From assembly GCF_963853765.1 (NCBI RefSeq), contig NC_088862.1, forward strand, positions 21,638,001 to 21,702,000: DNA of 64,000 nt, written 5' to 3'. A program made the translations under genes and the position numbers. The notes beneath the pieces were generated by a model. The model did not search any database. It saw nothing but the letters and a program-made list of their open reading frames with translations, and was not told where the DNA came from. How positions within the stretch are numbered: position 1 is the first letter of the stretch; each line of letters starts with the position of its first letter. The DNA is from Magallana gigas (Eukaryota). This document shows positions 1-12,800 of the stretch, piece by piece.

Positions 1-1104
1 TAAAGTAACTCCTGCTGAAATGATTTCGTACAGGTCATAAAACCGAACTCCTTTTTTATATAGTTAATCAGAGTGTTTATTGAAACAATTTCGTTAATTC
101 GGTCGATAATTACGTTGTTAGTTTTTATTAGTCTGATTAGTTTTAATCGAAATAATTATCGTACGATTCACCATGTCAACTCGCCATGTTTTGACTGCGA
201 ACAACAGCTGATAGCGGTGTGTCAGAAGAATGGCCTGCAAGACGGCGATAGTGGAAATTTCAGCTCAACTAACGCATGACAGATTATAAAGGTATGTTTC
301 AATACAGGATATGTCGTGTTGACTTTTTCTTTTCAAAGTGTTTGTGCACTTTTCAATCTAATCCGACATTCCTCTGACTCTACTGCAGTAGCCTCCGCTT
401 TTGACGTGCGTAACAATATAAAAGCGGGCATTTGAGTCAGAGAAATCTCGGGATATTATCTGTCCAATGTATTTTCACGTGTATGTTTTGCACACTACTC
501 GTTTGAATTTCTATTTATTATTATGTATATGTATGTCTTATTTTGTATTGAACAACACACCACACACTGTAAAACAGTGCAATTAAAAGAGGTGGGGGTC
601 CAAAGGCACACAAGAGTAGAATGTTGTAATTAGAGTGCATGTTTGATGATAACTTTACCCTAAATATTTGAAAATAGCAGATCTTTACCATATTACCTCC
701 ACTTAATTAATGAATTAAAGAACTCAGACAGGCTTGTGCTTAATTAAATAAATATATTTGACATGGTAAATATTCAGTCTAATTAAAATTAGAACTTTTG
801 TCTGGCTCGCCGTTATATATGATTATCGCCTGTGAAAGAGCATGTAGATCAGAGTGCAAGATGAAAAGAACTTTAAGTTCAGATTTTAGGTTAATGTTCC
901 CTGATATCTATAAAACATTCTTCTCAAGATTTGATTATTTCACAGAACATTGTAAATTCTTTGAGATTAGTTTATCTTTTATATACCGGTATATTGAATT
1001 TTATTGATTCATTTTAGGTAAACTTTACATGCAGAACACATCTACATTGTAAACAGTTTTAACAGTAAGACAAATGTATGTAATAATTTTTACTACATGT
1101 GCCT

Positions 1105-1108
<4 letters not shown>

Positions 1109-1182
<74 letters not shown>
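1109..1182. repeat. (CT)n microsatellite, slightly interrupted
   Basis: Directly visible TC run; the Ser/Leu-repeat ORFs 1074..1415 and 1099..1341 are artefacts of it. Confidence 0.97.
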
Positions 1183-1183
<1 letters not shown>

Positions 1184-1625
1184 TGCTTTTAATCTTGGCA
1201 AAGCATCACAGAGCAACATCATTTTGTGCATATCTCTATCTAGGAAAAGAAATCAACAATGCTTTAAATTTCAAAATGAGCATGTATTATCATGCAATCC
1301 CTCATTTTTTCATTGTACAACTAAAATCCAAAGCTTTGTAAAATTGTTCATACTAAACATAATATTGTATTTAAAACCTGTCATTAATAAGAAAAGAGAA
1401 AAAAATCCTCGCTAAATTTATTTGCAAAAAAAAAAAACCAGTAGAATTCATTTTAAAAAAATGGTATAGCAGAAAATTATACTTTGAGGCTGTTCGGATG
1501 AAATACTGTAAGTCATTTTAATTCCACCGTGTTAAATTTTCATGATTTTTACTAAAGTATCAATTGCAATGGTTTTAATTTCACGCTGGTTAAAAATTCA
1601 ATTGATCAGAATAGAAGCATTTAAA

Positions 1626-3456
1626 TTTCATAATATTTGGTTAAAGTGTTCAAACTAATGCTTCTTAGGAAAATCAAAAAATAGGGGGATGGTATACATG
1701 TAAGGGTATTTCTAAGTGATGTGATGCTTTTGTCATGATAATATCATGTATATGTATGTAGTTTTGAATAAGGTTTCTTATTTAGGGAGGTTGAACAACA
1801 GTTGACCTCTAAAAGATTAGGTAAAGATGCTTTATTTATGGAGAGCCCTATAAATCTGTGTTAAATAGAGAAAGTGGAAATGCTGGGTTCACTTAAATGG
1901 CCATATTTTTCTTAATCCTTAATGGAATTGGCATAATGAGGTATACTTTTTCTCAGAATAGCATAAGCTTTGTAAGTTTAAGACAAGATGACTTTTCAGA
2001 GAATGTTAGTGTAAGTTTCAAGACTACATGGTATTTTCAGATTTCTCATTTAACTGTAATTTTGAGTGGATTTTGTACCAAAAGTAGTCTATTTTGGGAA
2101 AATGGATGATTTTGTTGGTTATACATTGTATATGTCATTACATGATTTATTAGCTATAATATACACGGGAAGTAAATGCCTTTTAAATGTGTAGAATGAC
2201 CACCACTCGAGTAAATTGGCTTAGAAAGTAGGTATTTCCTATCCTGATGACAATTAATAGGCTTAAGTTAATTACCGAGATAAGAATTAATACTGCACAG
2301 TAAAAGAGTTTTGATCAATTGAATTATTTAAATTATAAATTTGCAGCAATTTTGCTGTCTGATTTCATGAAATAACATTAAGCAACCTGACTTATATAAC
2401 TCAATTTTTTTAAAACAGCATATTTTTCTTTCAAATAAAATTCACATGTAGACAAATGCAGTAATCAAAGTATACAATATGTCAAAAATTTCAAGTTTTT
2501 GCTCCTTCCTATCCAAAAGTGATATTTTAGATATATTTACAGAATTCAAAAAGCCATCCCCCCCCCCCTCTTTCCAATTGTCTCCATTACCATTACATGT
2601 TGGATATGTAAATGTACATTTGACCTTGAAATAACATCTGCTATAATAATTACTCTCAAAATGATCAAGAAACAACAAATGTTTACCCTTTTATTGTATA
2701 TATGCATCAAAAATGTAGGAAAACATGTAAAATTTGAACATTTATCATGGAATTCTCATCCGTCCCCAGTTACCCGGTTGTGTTTGAATTTCATTTTAAT
2801 TAAGAGCAGACATCACACTGGTAGGTCTTACTATTTTAGCAAAGTTAAAAGGAGACTAGAAACAAAAATAAATAAGATATTCACTAAATATGATTATAAG
2901 CTTACTGTTTCATGAAAACAAGAAATCACATGTATGGCGGCATGTCTTTTTGTGAAAAAAAATGTTACATTACATCCATTAACCAAGAAAAGATTAATTT
3001 TCAATATCAGTGATGGTTGTTTTTAAATATGTGTGAGAAATGACTTAAGGGAATTGCCACAAGTTTCATAATATTTAGGTTAAAGTGTTCAAACTAATGC
3101 TTCTTAGGAAAATCAAAAAATAAGGGGAGGGTATACACGTAAGGGTATTTCTAAGTGATGTGATGCTTTTGTCATGATAATATCATGTATATGTATGTAG
3201 TTTTGAATAAGGTTTCTGATTTAGGGAGGTTAAAAATAGTTGACCTCTATAAGATGAGGTAAAGATGCTTTATTTATGGAGAGCCCTATAAATCTGTGTT
3301 AAATAGAGGAAAGTGGAAATGCTGGGTTCACTTAAATGGCCATATTTTTCTTAATCCTTAATGGAATTGGCAAAATGAGGTATACTTTTTCTCAAAATAG
3401 CATAAGCTTTGTAAGTTTAAGACAAGATGACTTTTCAGAGAATGTTAGTGTAAGTT
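1626..3456 (+). repeat. Dispersed ~390-bp direct repeat (1626-2017 and 3064-3456)
   Basis: Both copies run tttcataatattt..ggttaaagtgttcaaactaatgcttcttagg...gagaatgttagtgtaagtt with few substitutions. Confidence 0.9.
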
Positions 3457-4002
3457 AAAGGTAGCAAGGGACAGTTTTGGATAAAGTACCCGTCAATATT
3501 TTTGTAAAATTGAGAGTTGCTGGACTTAAAGGCTTATGAGTGTTGCTAAAATTCATGAAATGATTTTTAATGATTATCATTACTTAGAGGGATGTCTCTT
3601 GTTGAAATTGATATTCAATATGTAGGCCCCATATGTTAGGTACATGAGATTCAGAAGTAAAATGTGAAACCTGCGGCTATGACTGTTGTGTTGACTTTAG
3701 ACAGTGAAAATGCAAGTTACAGACGGGAGGGTAAATAACACGAAAAGTAGGTGGATAGGGCATTATAAACTATACACCGGTAAGTTTCTGACATGTGATG
3801 GTGCAACATGCACATGGTACGTAAGGTCAACCCTTTGCAGGGAATTGGCTGGGGGAGGTCTAAAAAGCTGAAAAATCATGAAAAATTAGCAAAATATGGA
3901 AGGGTCAAAATCTCATAAAAACCAGTATGTAGAAAATTTTACAGGTTTTGACTAGTAATTTTCTTCAAAAATTGGTGTTTGGCCTTATAAAAAGTGAATT
4001 AA

Positions 4003-4451
4003 GGTCAGACGACACGTTCCTCAATTTTATATAACTTTTTCCAGGAATTTGTTGATGGTTTACTACTATTTTGACAAGCTTTCTTGCAAAAAATTAGGGT
4101 ACCTTACCAGGCATTTCTGCAAAATACTAGAGTATGCAATTTCCTATATAATCTTCTTGAAAATACACTTGAAGAGCTGATATAAAAATAAATACATATA
4201 CAGCACAGCAAAATTCACTCTATAGGAACTCTGTCTCGGCCGGAGCGGGGATTTGAACTCACGACCTCTAGAACATATACGCTTCTGGCGGTGAGCGGCC
4301 ACGGTTCTGACCACTCGGCCATCTAGACACATAACCACATCTAATTAAATTTTAATCATTTTTAAAATAATTATAAAATCAATATTTTTTATTGGAACTC
4401 TCTATAACGAGGAGATACAAAAAAGATTCTCGAGGAACGTGTCGTCTGACC
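4003..4451. mobile_element. Non-autonomous TTAA-target DNA transposon (Kolobok-like MITE), 449 bp
   Basis: Perfect 20-bp TIRs GGTCAGACGACACGTTCCTC / GAGGAACGTGTCGTCTGACC; TTAA on both sides (3999-4002, 4452-4455). RR termini plus TTAA TSD fit Kolobok. Confidence 0.8.
4232..4330 (-). other. tRNA-derived segment (Pol III A and B boxes) inside the MITE; not a canonical tRNA
   Basis: Minus strand reads ...TGGCCGAGTGGTC... (A box) and ...GAGTTCAAATCCC... (B box); the spacer is too long or irregular for a standard cloverleaf. Confidence 0.7.
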
Positions 4452-5020
4452 TTAAAGGTATTTGTGCTGAATAGGAACTGAAGAAATTCTAGTTAAAGGG
4501 TTCCGAAGACACACGTCCCCAGGCTACAATGAAACGTATCAACAAAACTGTCCTGTGCCATCTAATGTCACGTATCGAGATATGTCATACTAATAACACG
4601 GCATGGTTAGTGTATTTTTTTTTCAGAAATACTATGCATATGTTAATGTAAACACAGCTATTATTAGTACCGGTACATGTATTAACACAGCTTATTGATT
4701 TTTTTAATTTCAGCTATTGGTGGCCACATGGTTTTTACCTGTTGATTCTTTTCAGCTCTTGAGGTTAACCTGTCATCTCTACCCACATGCATATTCCTTA
4801 ATGTGTTCTACAGACTATTTACCAGTAAAAATTAAATCGGATAATTCATGAACAGTTACTGTAATGCAACTTTAAGAAAGCATCATGCCTTGTTGTGGTT
4901 TGTGTTTGATAAGAAATTATAACAAACAAAATTATGGCTGTTTAAAGTAATTTACAATTGTTAGCTGTGAAAATTTGTTTTTCAATAAAAGTATGCAATT
5001 ATGTTTCTTTTATTTTGTTT

Positions 5021-5037
5021 TTAGCTCACCTGAGCCA

Positions 5038-5069
<32 letters not shown>

Positions 5070-5159
5070 GTTGTTGTTGTAAACTTTTCATATTTTCATC
5101 TTTTTTTCAAGAACCACTGGGCAGATTTCAACCAAATTTTGCACTAAGCACCACCACTA

Positions 5160-5198
<39 letters not shown>

Positions 5199-6241
5199 CC
5201 CTCTTTAAAGGGGAGATAATTGAGAATTATTGAAAATTTGTTGGTATTTTTCAAAAATCTTCTTCTCAAAAACTATTTGGCCTGAAAAGCTTTAACTTGT
5301 GTGGAGGCATCCTCAGGTAGTGTAGATTCAAGTTTGTTCAAATCATGGTCCCCAGGGGTAGGGAGGGGCCATAAGAGGGGGATCAAGTTTTACATAGTTT
5401 CAGCTTTTACATGGTAAAGACCTAGTAAGTTGTCAGAACTTGTATGTATACAATAAAATATGTTCAAATCAAATCAAGTTTTACATAGGAATATATAGAG
5501 AAAATCTTTGAAAATCTTCTTCTCAAAAACTATTAGGCCAGAAAAGCACAAATTAAAGTGGAAGCATCCTCAGGTAGTGTAGATTCAAGTTTGTTCAAAT
5601 TATAGTCCCAGGTGGTATGGTGGGGTCACAATGGGGGAATTGATTTTTACATAGGAATATATAGAGAAAATCTTTAAAAATCTTTTTCTCAGAAACTAAT
5701 AAGCCAGGAAAGCTGAAACTTATGTGGAAGCATCCTCAGGTAGTGTAGATACAAAGTTGTGAAAATCATGACCCCGGGGATAGGTTTGGGCCACAATGGG
5801 TGGGGGGGGGGGGGGTCAAAGTTTAACATAGGAATATATAGAGTAAATATTTGAAAATCTTCTTCCCAGAAACTATTCAGCCAGATGATTCTTTATAATT
5901 GTTAAGACTGTGGCCCCAGGACAGTTCTTTGGCCTCACAAGAAGGTTCAGAGTTTGATGTAGGTTTATATCCCATATATAAACTATTGTTAAGGATCTTT
6001 TTGAGAACTGCAATACTCAACATGCGATTAACTATAAAATCAATATAAAATCATCCTTTTAGAAAAGGAACTAATGATTATAAACATAAGAATATTTAGG
6101 GGTGAAAATGGATTTTATTTATACAGGATCTACATGTATTATTGTACATTGTCCAGGTAGTTTGCATTGTGACTCCATTAAGCTGATTTTATCATACCTA
6201 TTGTTCCTCAGGTGAGCGATGTGGCCCATTTGCCTCTTGTT
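5021..6241 (+). mobile_element. Helentron-associated non-autonomous element (HINE type) with internal ~160-260-bp tandem repeats
   Basis: 5' TTAGCTCACCTGAGC, 3' CTCAGGTGAGCGATGTGGCCCA..GCCTCTTGTT; internal repeats of gcatcctcaggtagtgtaga near 5307, 5564 and 5728. Confidence 0.8.
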
Positions 6242-6884
6242 TTAGTTTTTCATTGTTTTTCAATATTAAAAATTAAACATATGTAACCTACGGTAATTTT
6301 CATGATGAGTACAAAACTTAAATCCGCTTTTAAATCGGACGATGCATAACAGATATCGGGGTTTAAAAATTGATTTTTCAGAAATTTAGATCCTGCTTTT
6401 TTGGTTTCAAAAATAGCGTGAAGTACAAACTCGTACCAAAAATAATTCGAAGTTTGTTAAGTACTTTGACACCTTCGGAATTATTTTTTTGTTAAGTCGT
6501 TCTTAGAATCGTTAAGGTTTTTGTTAATTCGTACATAGTATCATTCGTATTTATTTTTATCGTTTACTTTAAGTTGCTCGTTATTGATTTAAACACTCTG
6601 CTTCTTGCAGGAACATCAAGCTTTACTCTTGACATTAACGGAAGACCCACTCGTTGCTTTGCAACGAGCTTTGCTCTAGTTGATAAATATTATTTGATTT
6701 TACCGACAGAGCATGTAAAGTCCAAACGACTAATTTTAAACATAGTTTAGTACATGTAGTAAAGTGATAAAACTATCAAAAACACTTAAAAAAGCTAGCT
6801 TATCGATTTATATTTTGCTCAATTTTGATCGTAGAAAACTTATGCTATAAATATTTGTTATAGCTATATTAAAGATATATATGT

Positions 6885-8724
6885 TTACTTTTTCTGAAAG
6901 ACAATGCTCTCTTGTATAGTTTCAGAATCTTTATCTCCGACCTGCACAACGCGAAAACCATGCTCTTCAATTTTCTGTTTTCGGCGTTCGTAACCCCAGC
7001 CAACACCTAGCCCTTCATTAGGACCCATGCTACTCACAGGAAGACACACGAAGAGACTGAAGGGTAAAAAGAACTGCGCGGTTGCATCGTTGACTACCTT
7101 GTTGTGATACGAAGACACCGCCGGATCGTAAGCGGCCGCAAACCCATCAGGTTTAAGCACCCTTTTGATCTCTTCTAATATTTCGTCAACTTCGTAGGAA
7201 TCATGCAGAACGTCGTTGATTATCACGAAATCAAATTTGTCCGCCCACTCCTCTGGAAGTTGTCCTCCTCTCATACACAGATATTCGATGTTGCTTGGTG
7301 CTTCTTTGGAAAGTTCCTTCTTGGCGTTATCTATTGAGGACTGGTCCATGTCAATGGCGGTTATTTTAGAACATGGATATAGCTTTGCTACTTCTCTCGA
7401 ATGCTTCCCAAACCCATATCCAATGTCAAGTATCATAAACTCGTTTCCTGTTGATGAATATAGAAATAATAAACAATTAAAATTGCACGCTTATTTATGT
7501 ATCAAATTTTAATAAAAATATTCTTTCTATCCAAATATTATAAACATTTTAGTTAGGAGCTGTCGCCTTATTGTGACATCACACACGATTTTCTCTATTG
7601 AAAAAAATCATGTATTTTTAGATGGGTTACTTCTTCTGTGTTCTATACTTTTATCAAAATGGGTTATAAATTGAATGGATTTGTTGTTACATTGTTTCGT
7701 TTTAGAAATTATTAGGTCTGCGCAATAATACTGTTATTCTGGTGTATTGTGGTATGTGGTCAAAACATATCATATCGTAATACATTTTTTCAATATCAGT
7801 ATACCGGTTTACTAGTAATTGATCAGGCTCGGATTTTCGTTATGGGCTCAGGATTGATTCCAAAATAATAATTTGAAATAAAAATGGCTGTTCATTTGTT
7901 ATCGTTCCAAACACGAAAGGAAAGTCGGAGTTTTGAAATTGTGACTGCTCAAAGAGCTTCCTTAATTAGTCAAAATATTTTGACATGCTGATATTCCTAT
8001 TAGATAATTTAAAGAAGGTCCTGCTGCTGCAGTTGTAATTATGTCTCTCTTTAGGTTGACACAATCAGTCAAAACATTTATTTCTTAAAGTAATTGTTAA
8101 TTCATTAATTGTTGAACGTTTTGTTTTCTTCCACCGGATTTGTGGACTGTCTGAAATGGATTGTACCCAGTGTACCCAATTAATTGACTACTTGGGTCTA
8201 GTTTCACTTGTTCATTAATAATCTAATGAGTCGAGTTTTTTTTTTTATCTTCATTCAAACAGTTTACAAATTAACACTAACAATGTTTTATTCTTTTATT
8301 TTTATATAGAATTATAATGCAAATAAACTAGGTATATAAATCTATCAATTACAGTCTAACTTTGAAGAAATCAAATTTTGATTTAAAAAATATTGCAATT
8401 TATCGCAGTACAATATTTCTCCATATTTCCTGCTCTAGATATTATTTTAGCTTGTTGCCCACCGAGTTATAAATGTATAATTTTATGGATCTCGAAAATA
8501 GACATATATTTTTCAACTGAGCTTTATTTATTTGCAATGCTTTATAGTTGATTTAATATACAGGTAGCTATAAATCAATCTCTAAATGATACGTGTAAAT
8601 GATTTTGTTAACCTCGTTTTCAAGTTCATCACAGGAACAAGAAGTCGTTGATTCCAATCCTGAAGAACTTCTGGTGATCGAAACACGTTGAAACAAAGTA
8701 GATATTGTTCACTGTAACTGAATC
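6885..8724 (-). pseudogene. Methyltransferase copy A: orphan exon 3 (8724-8613) and exon 4 (7447-6885); no exons 1-2
   Basis: Exon 4 is an open 563-nt paralog (GNEFMILDIGYGFG...FQKK*). Exon 3 is 112 nt versus 111 in B, D, E, F (+1 nt near the donor). No exon 1/2 homolog was found between 8725 and copy B's stop at 9883. Confidence 0.75.
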
Positions 8725-9882
8725 CTTCAAAATGTTTAAATTAAATGACCAATAACAATTATATCATAAGAAAACTAACGAATATGTTTATATATATACG
8801 TTAAAAGGCATGTTACTCATCAATTTTCTTATAATTGAAACATATATTCAATAAATAAGAGCCATTTGCATCGTTATCGTTGAAAGAATCTCGGAATTCT
8901 CAGGTAATCGAATGTAGTTTTACAAAACGGGATTTTGTTTTACTTTTAAAGAGCAATAAAACGAGAATAAACAAAACCAAAAAGAATGCTCTTTCAATTA
9001 ACGGATAAAAATGCAAATCTACAATACAAAAACACCTTATCCACCTCAAAGGAGATGTAGGACTGAACATATATAATTTATAATTTACCTACATGAACGA
9101 ACCTTTTACTACTTGGCTCTTGGCTATTTAAACCCAACCCCAACCCCCATAAATATCCATGTATTATAAATTAAAAACGTTGGTTGCGTTGCCTCTTTGA
9201 AACATTACAAAAAGCAATTTAAAATATTCGTTCGCTCAAAATTACATCCACTGTATGACTTAAATTTACAATTTATTTTACCCCAAAAAGGGCCCAAACA
9301 CAAACTAGTCAAAACCAGTAATGATTTCGCATTGTATGTTTACTGCAGACACTATACATGTATCTGGGTAGGCTTTTGTTGCCACATAAGTATGGTTGTA
9401 ATAGAAGAATCCAGAAGTCAAGAGCATTGCTTACTAGAGGGTAATAATGTGTTTCCTACTGCTTTATGGCAGCCCATGGAACAACGTTATATCGAATTGA
9501 AATTTCCACGGTCACTAACGCCATATTATAAAAAGAAAACACATTAGTGATAATCACGTTATTATTTATTTGTTAGATGATATAGGAAATCAAAAAGTTA
9601 TCCATAAAAGTTTTATCTACAAATAAAGAATATACACACGTCTACATGAAAAATTTCATACAATTTAAAACTGTAAATGATAAAAGGAAAAAAGATAAAC
9701 TTACTAGTACCATTATTATCATAATTGCTGTACATTTAAACAGTGCACTGTCAAAGAGTACTTCTTTAAAAAACACTCCATCAAATCAAAAAATATAAAC
9801 AGTGCAATCTCAAACTACTTCTTCTAATGTGTGTGGTTTTTTAAAAAAAAAAACCCTCCATTAAATCAAAAAATATAAAGTT

Positions 9883-12800
9883 CTACTTCTGGAATACGAT
9901 GCCCTCTTGTATGGTATTGACATCTTTTTCCCCGACCTGGACAACCCGGAAACCATGTTCCTCGATCTTTTGTTTTCGGCGTTCGTAACCCCAACCAATC
10001 CCAAGCCCTTCATTAGGACCCATGCTACTCACTGGAAGACATGAAAATAAGCTATAGGGTAAATAGAATTGTGCGGTTGCGTCCTTGAATATCTTTTTGT
10101 GATGTGACGACACCGCGGGGTCGAAAGCGGCCGCAAATCCGTCAGGTTTAAGCACTTTCTTTACTCCTTCCAATATCTCATCAACTTCGTAGGAATCATG
10201 CAAAACGTCGTTGATTATGACGAAATCAAATTTGTCCGCCCATTCTTCTGGAAGTTGTCCTCCTCTCATACATAGATATTCAATGTTTTCAAGCCCATCT
10301 TCGGCAAGTTCCTTTTTAGCGTTATCAATAGACACTTGTTCCATGTCAATTGCATATATTTTAGAGCGCGGATATAGCTTTGCCACTTCTCGGGAATGCT
10401 TCCCAAACCCACATCCTATGTCTAGTATCACAAACTCGTCCCCTAAATATGAATATACAAAGAGTTAGATTTTTAAACATTTTAAAAATATATTTCTTCC
10501 ATTTTTTTTCAGCAATGTGCATTCAAATTGCTGCATGCACCTTTTATACCTACTCTCCTGTAAAAAATCGTACTTTTATTTCGGTAAAACTATCAACGAT
10601 TAACTGGATTTCAGGATTTTAAATTTTTGTAATGCTCTATTTTTCTATCTAACACAATTTAGCGCCAATAGATTTATTGTCATCGTGGAGAAAAATGCAT
10701 TGGCAAACTATAATTAATACCATATCACAAATGTATTATGTACCGTAAAATAGATACTTGGATACTGATAATTTTATTGTTGTACGTTATGCCTTATACA
10801 AATAGGTATAAACAAAAAGGCTCAACAAAGTCACGGACTGTTTAACATTGAGTTTATGAGTGTTTATGGGTGTATAAATCCGTTAAAACAAGCTAAAATA
10901 AATTTTAAAACATTTGCATCACCTTAAATACAACGCTTTAGTAATATATCGATATTGCAACTACATAAAAACTATTGACAATCTACGAAATATGTAATCA
11001 GCTTTGTTTACCAGATTTAAGGTTCACCACAGGAACAAGAAGCTCTTGGTTCCATTCCTGAAGAGCTTCTGGTGATCGGAACCCGTTAAGCCAATGCAGA
11101 TACGGTTCCTGGTAGGTAAATCCTTAAAAATATCAAACTTTAATAAAATGTGCATATCAATGCTTCACAAACGTTAAAACAATCACCTTCCATTAAATAA
11201 TGGATCATATCATCAGGTGATATTTTATAATATGTTTTAACATTTTTTTGAAAAATATGTAAATTGTATTTCAATTTTTATGCCCCCCTTCGAAGAAGGG
11301 AGGGCATATTGCTTTGCTGCTGTCTGTCGGTCTGTCGGTCGGTCCATCAACAGTTTCCGTTCATTTTCTTTGTTAAGGAAAACATATTGAAATGAAATTT
11401 GATATACAGGTTGATAATGATAATATCTAGGTCAAGTTCGATATTGGGTACAATCGAGCAATTTTCGACAAAGTTATAGCCCTTGGACTTAGAAAAATTC
11501 GAGTTATTTGCAGTTTCCGCTCATTTTCTTCGCATAGGATAAAGATATTGAAATGAAATTTGGTATTCAGATTTATCATGATAATATTTAGGTCAAGTTT
11601 GATATTAGGTACGATCGAGCAATTTTAGACAGAGTTATGGACTTGGAAAAATTCGAGTTATTTGCAGTTTCCGCTCATTTTCTTCGCAGAGGGTGCACAT
11701 ATTAATATGAAATTTGGTATGCAGGTCAATCTAAATAATATCTAGGTCAAGTTTGAGTTTTTTGGTTTTATAGAGCAATTTCCGACAGAGTTATGGCCCT
11801 TGGACTTAGAAAAATTCCAAATATTTGCAGTTTACGTTTATTTTCTTTGTAGATGTCCCAAGGGAGGGGGGGGGGTCATAAGTGTTTCACAAACATCTCT
11901 TGGCTTTTCAAGAAATGTAAATTACGAATTAGGGAAATGCAAAGGAAAAAAGATTTCTGATTCAACTGTTTATATGTAAAAAACTGAAAATTCAATTGTA
12001 AATTAAATCTATACAACGTAAATCACTTCACCAGACACCTAGAAAATGTGGGTAAACAATCCAAAAGTAGACTTTTTGGTGTCATAAGCAGCTTTAATTC
12101 ATGAGTTTTCATATTTGGCTATTGTTTGAAATAAAAAAGAAATCCAGCTATTCTTAATAATGTTATGTTGCCATTTTTTGCATTTTACCTTTGGGTCCAC
12201 CCAGTGTAGCTGCCTTGTCAAGTTTTGGAATAATATCGCCCAGAATAGGAATCGCAGTTGCAATGTGGCCCCAGGTTTTTATTTGAGTTTTGTCATGAGG
12301 AAGTGAATATTTTTCGTCGTCTGTGATTGTTACAATTCCGGCAGCAACCATACAACCCAGCCATTCTTGTGTATATCTGATGAAAACAAACATTTTCTCT
12401 TGCAATCGTTTTCTTTTAAGGACGTTGGATCCTGCGATCAAAAGTCTCTAAGTTTTTTTCTAAAGTATTTTTTTAACATCTACACATATATCTAAACCAA
12501 AATTCAAAACAAAATTTTGGGGTCTATATGCTCCTTTCGGTGCTACAGTGTATTTAATATGACCTTTCTGCACTGAAAGTGCGAATTCCACATAAATTCC
12601 TTTTCCCTCTATTATTTTTTATTGAAATGAACCATAGTATCAAATACAAATTTACATTATTTAGAATTAATAAAATTAAGATTATCATAATGAAAAAGTT
12701 TGCAATTACTTCACGTTATGGATATTTTGACCTTTTTGCACTGAAAAAATACTATCTTTATTCATAAACGATTCAACATGCAATTAAATAATTAAAAGGT

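Noticed and set aside
1074-1415. ORFs with SL/LS repeats
   Set aside because: Translation of a (CT)n microsatellite.
4232-4330. Functional tRNA gene (also 43436-43505)
   Set aside because: A and B boxes are present, but the acceptor and anticodon stems do not pair properly and both lie inside mobile insertions.
7216-7512. Recurrent plus-strand ORFs MI(I/M)TKSN.. (also 10211, 23325, 30382, 37123, 53338)
   Set aside because: Antisense shadows of the methyltransferase exon 4; they recur only because the exon is duplicated.
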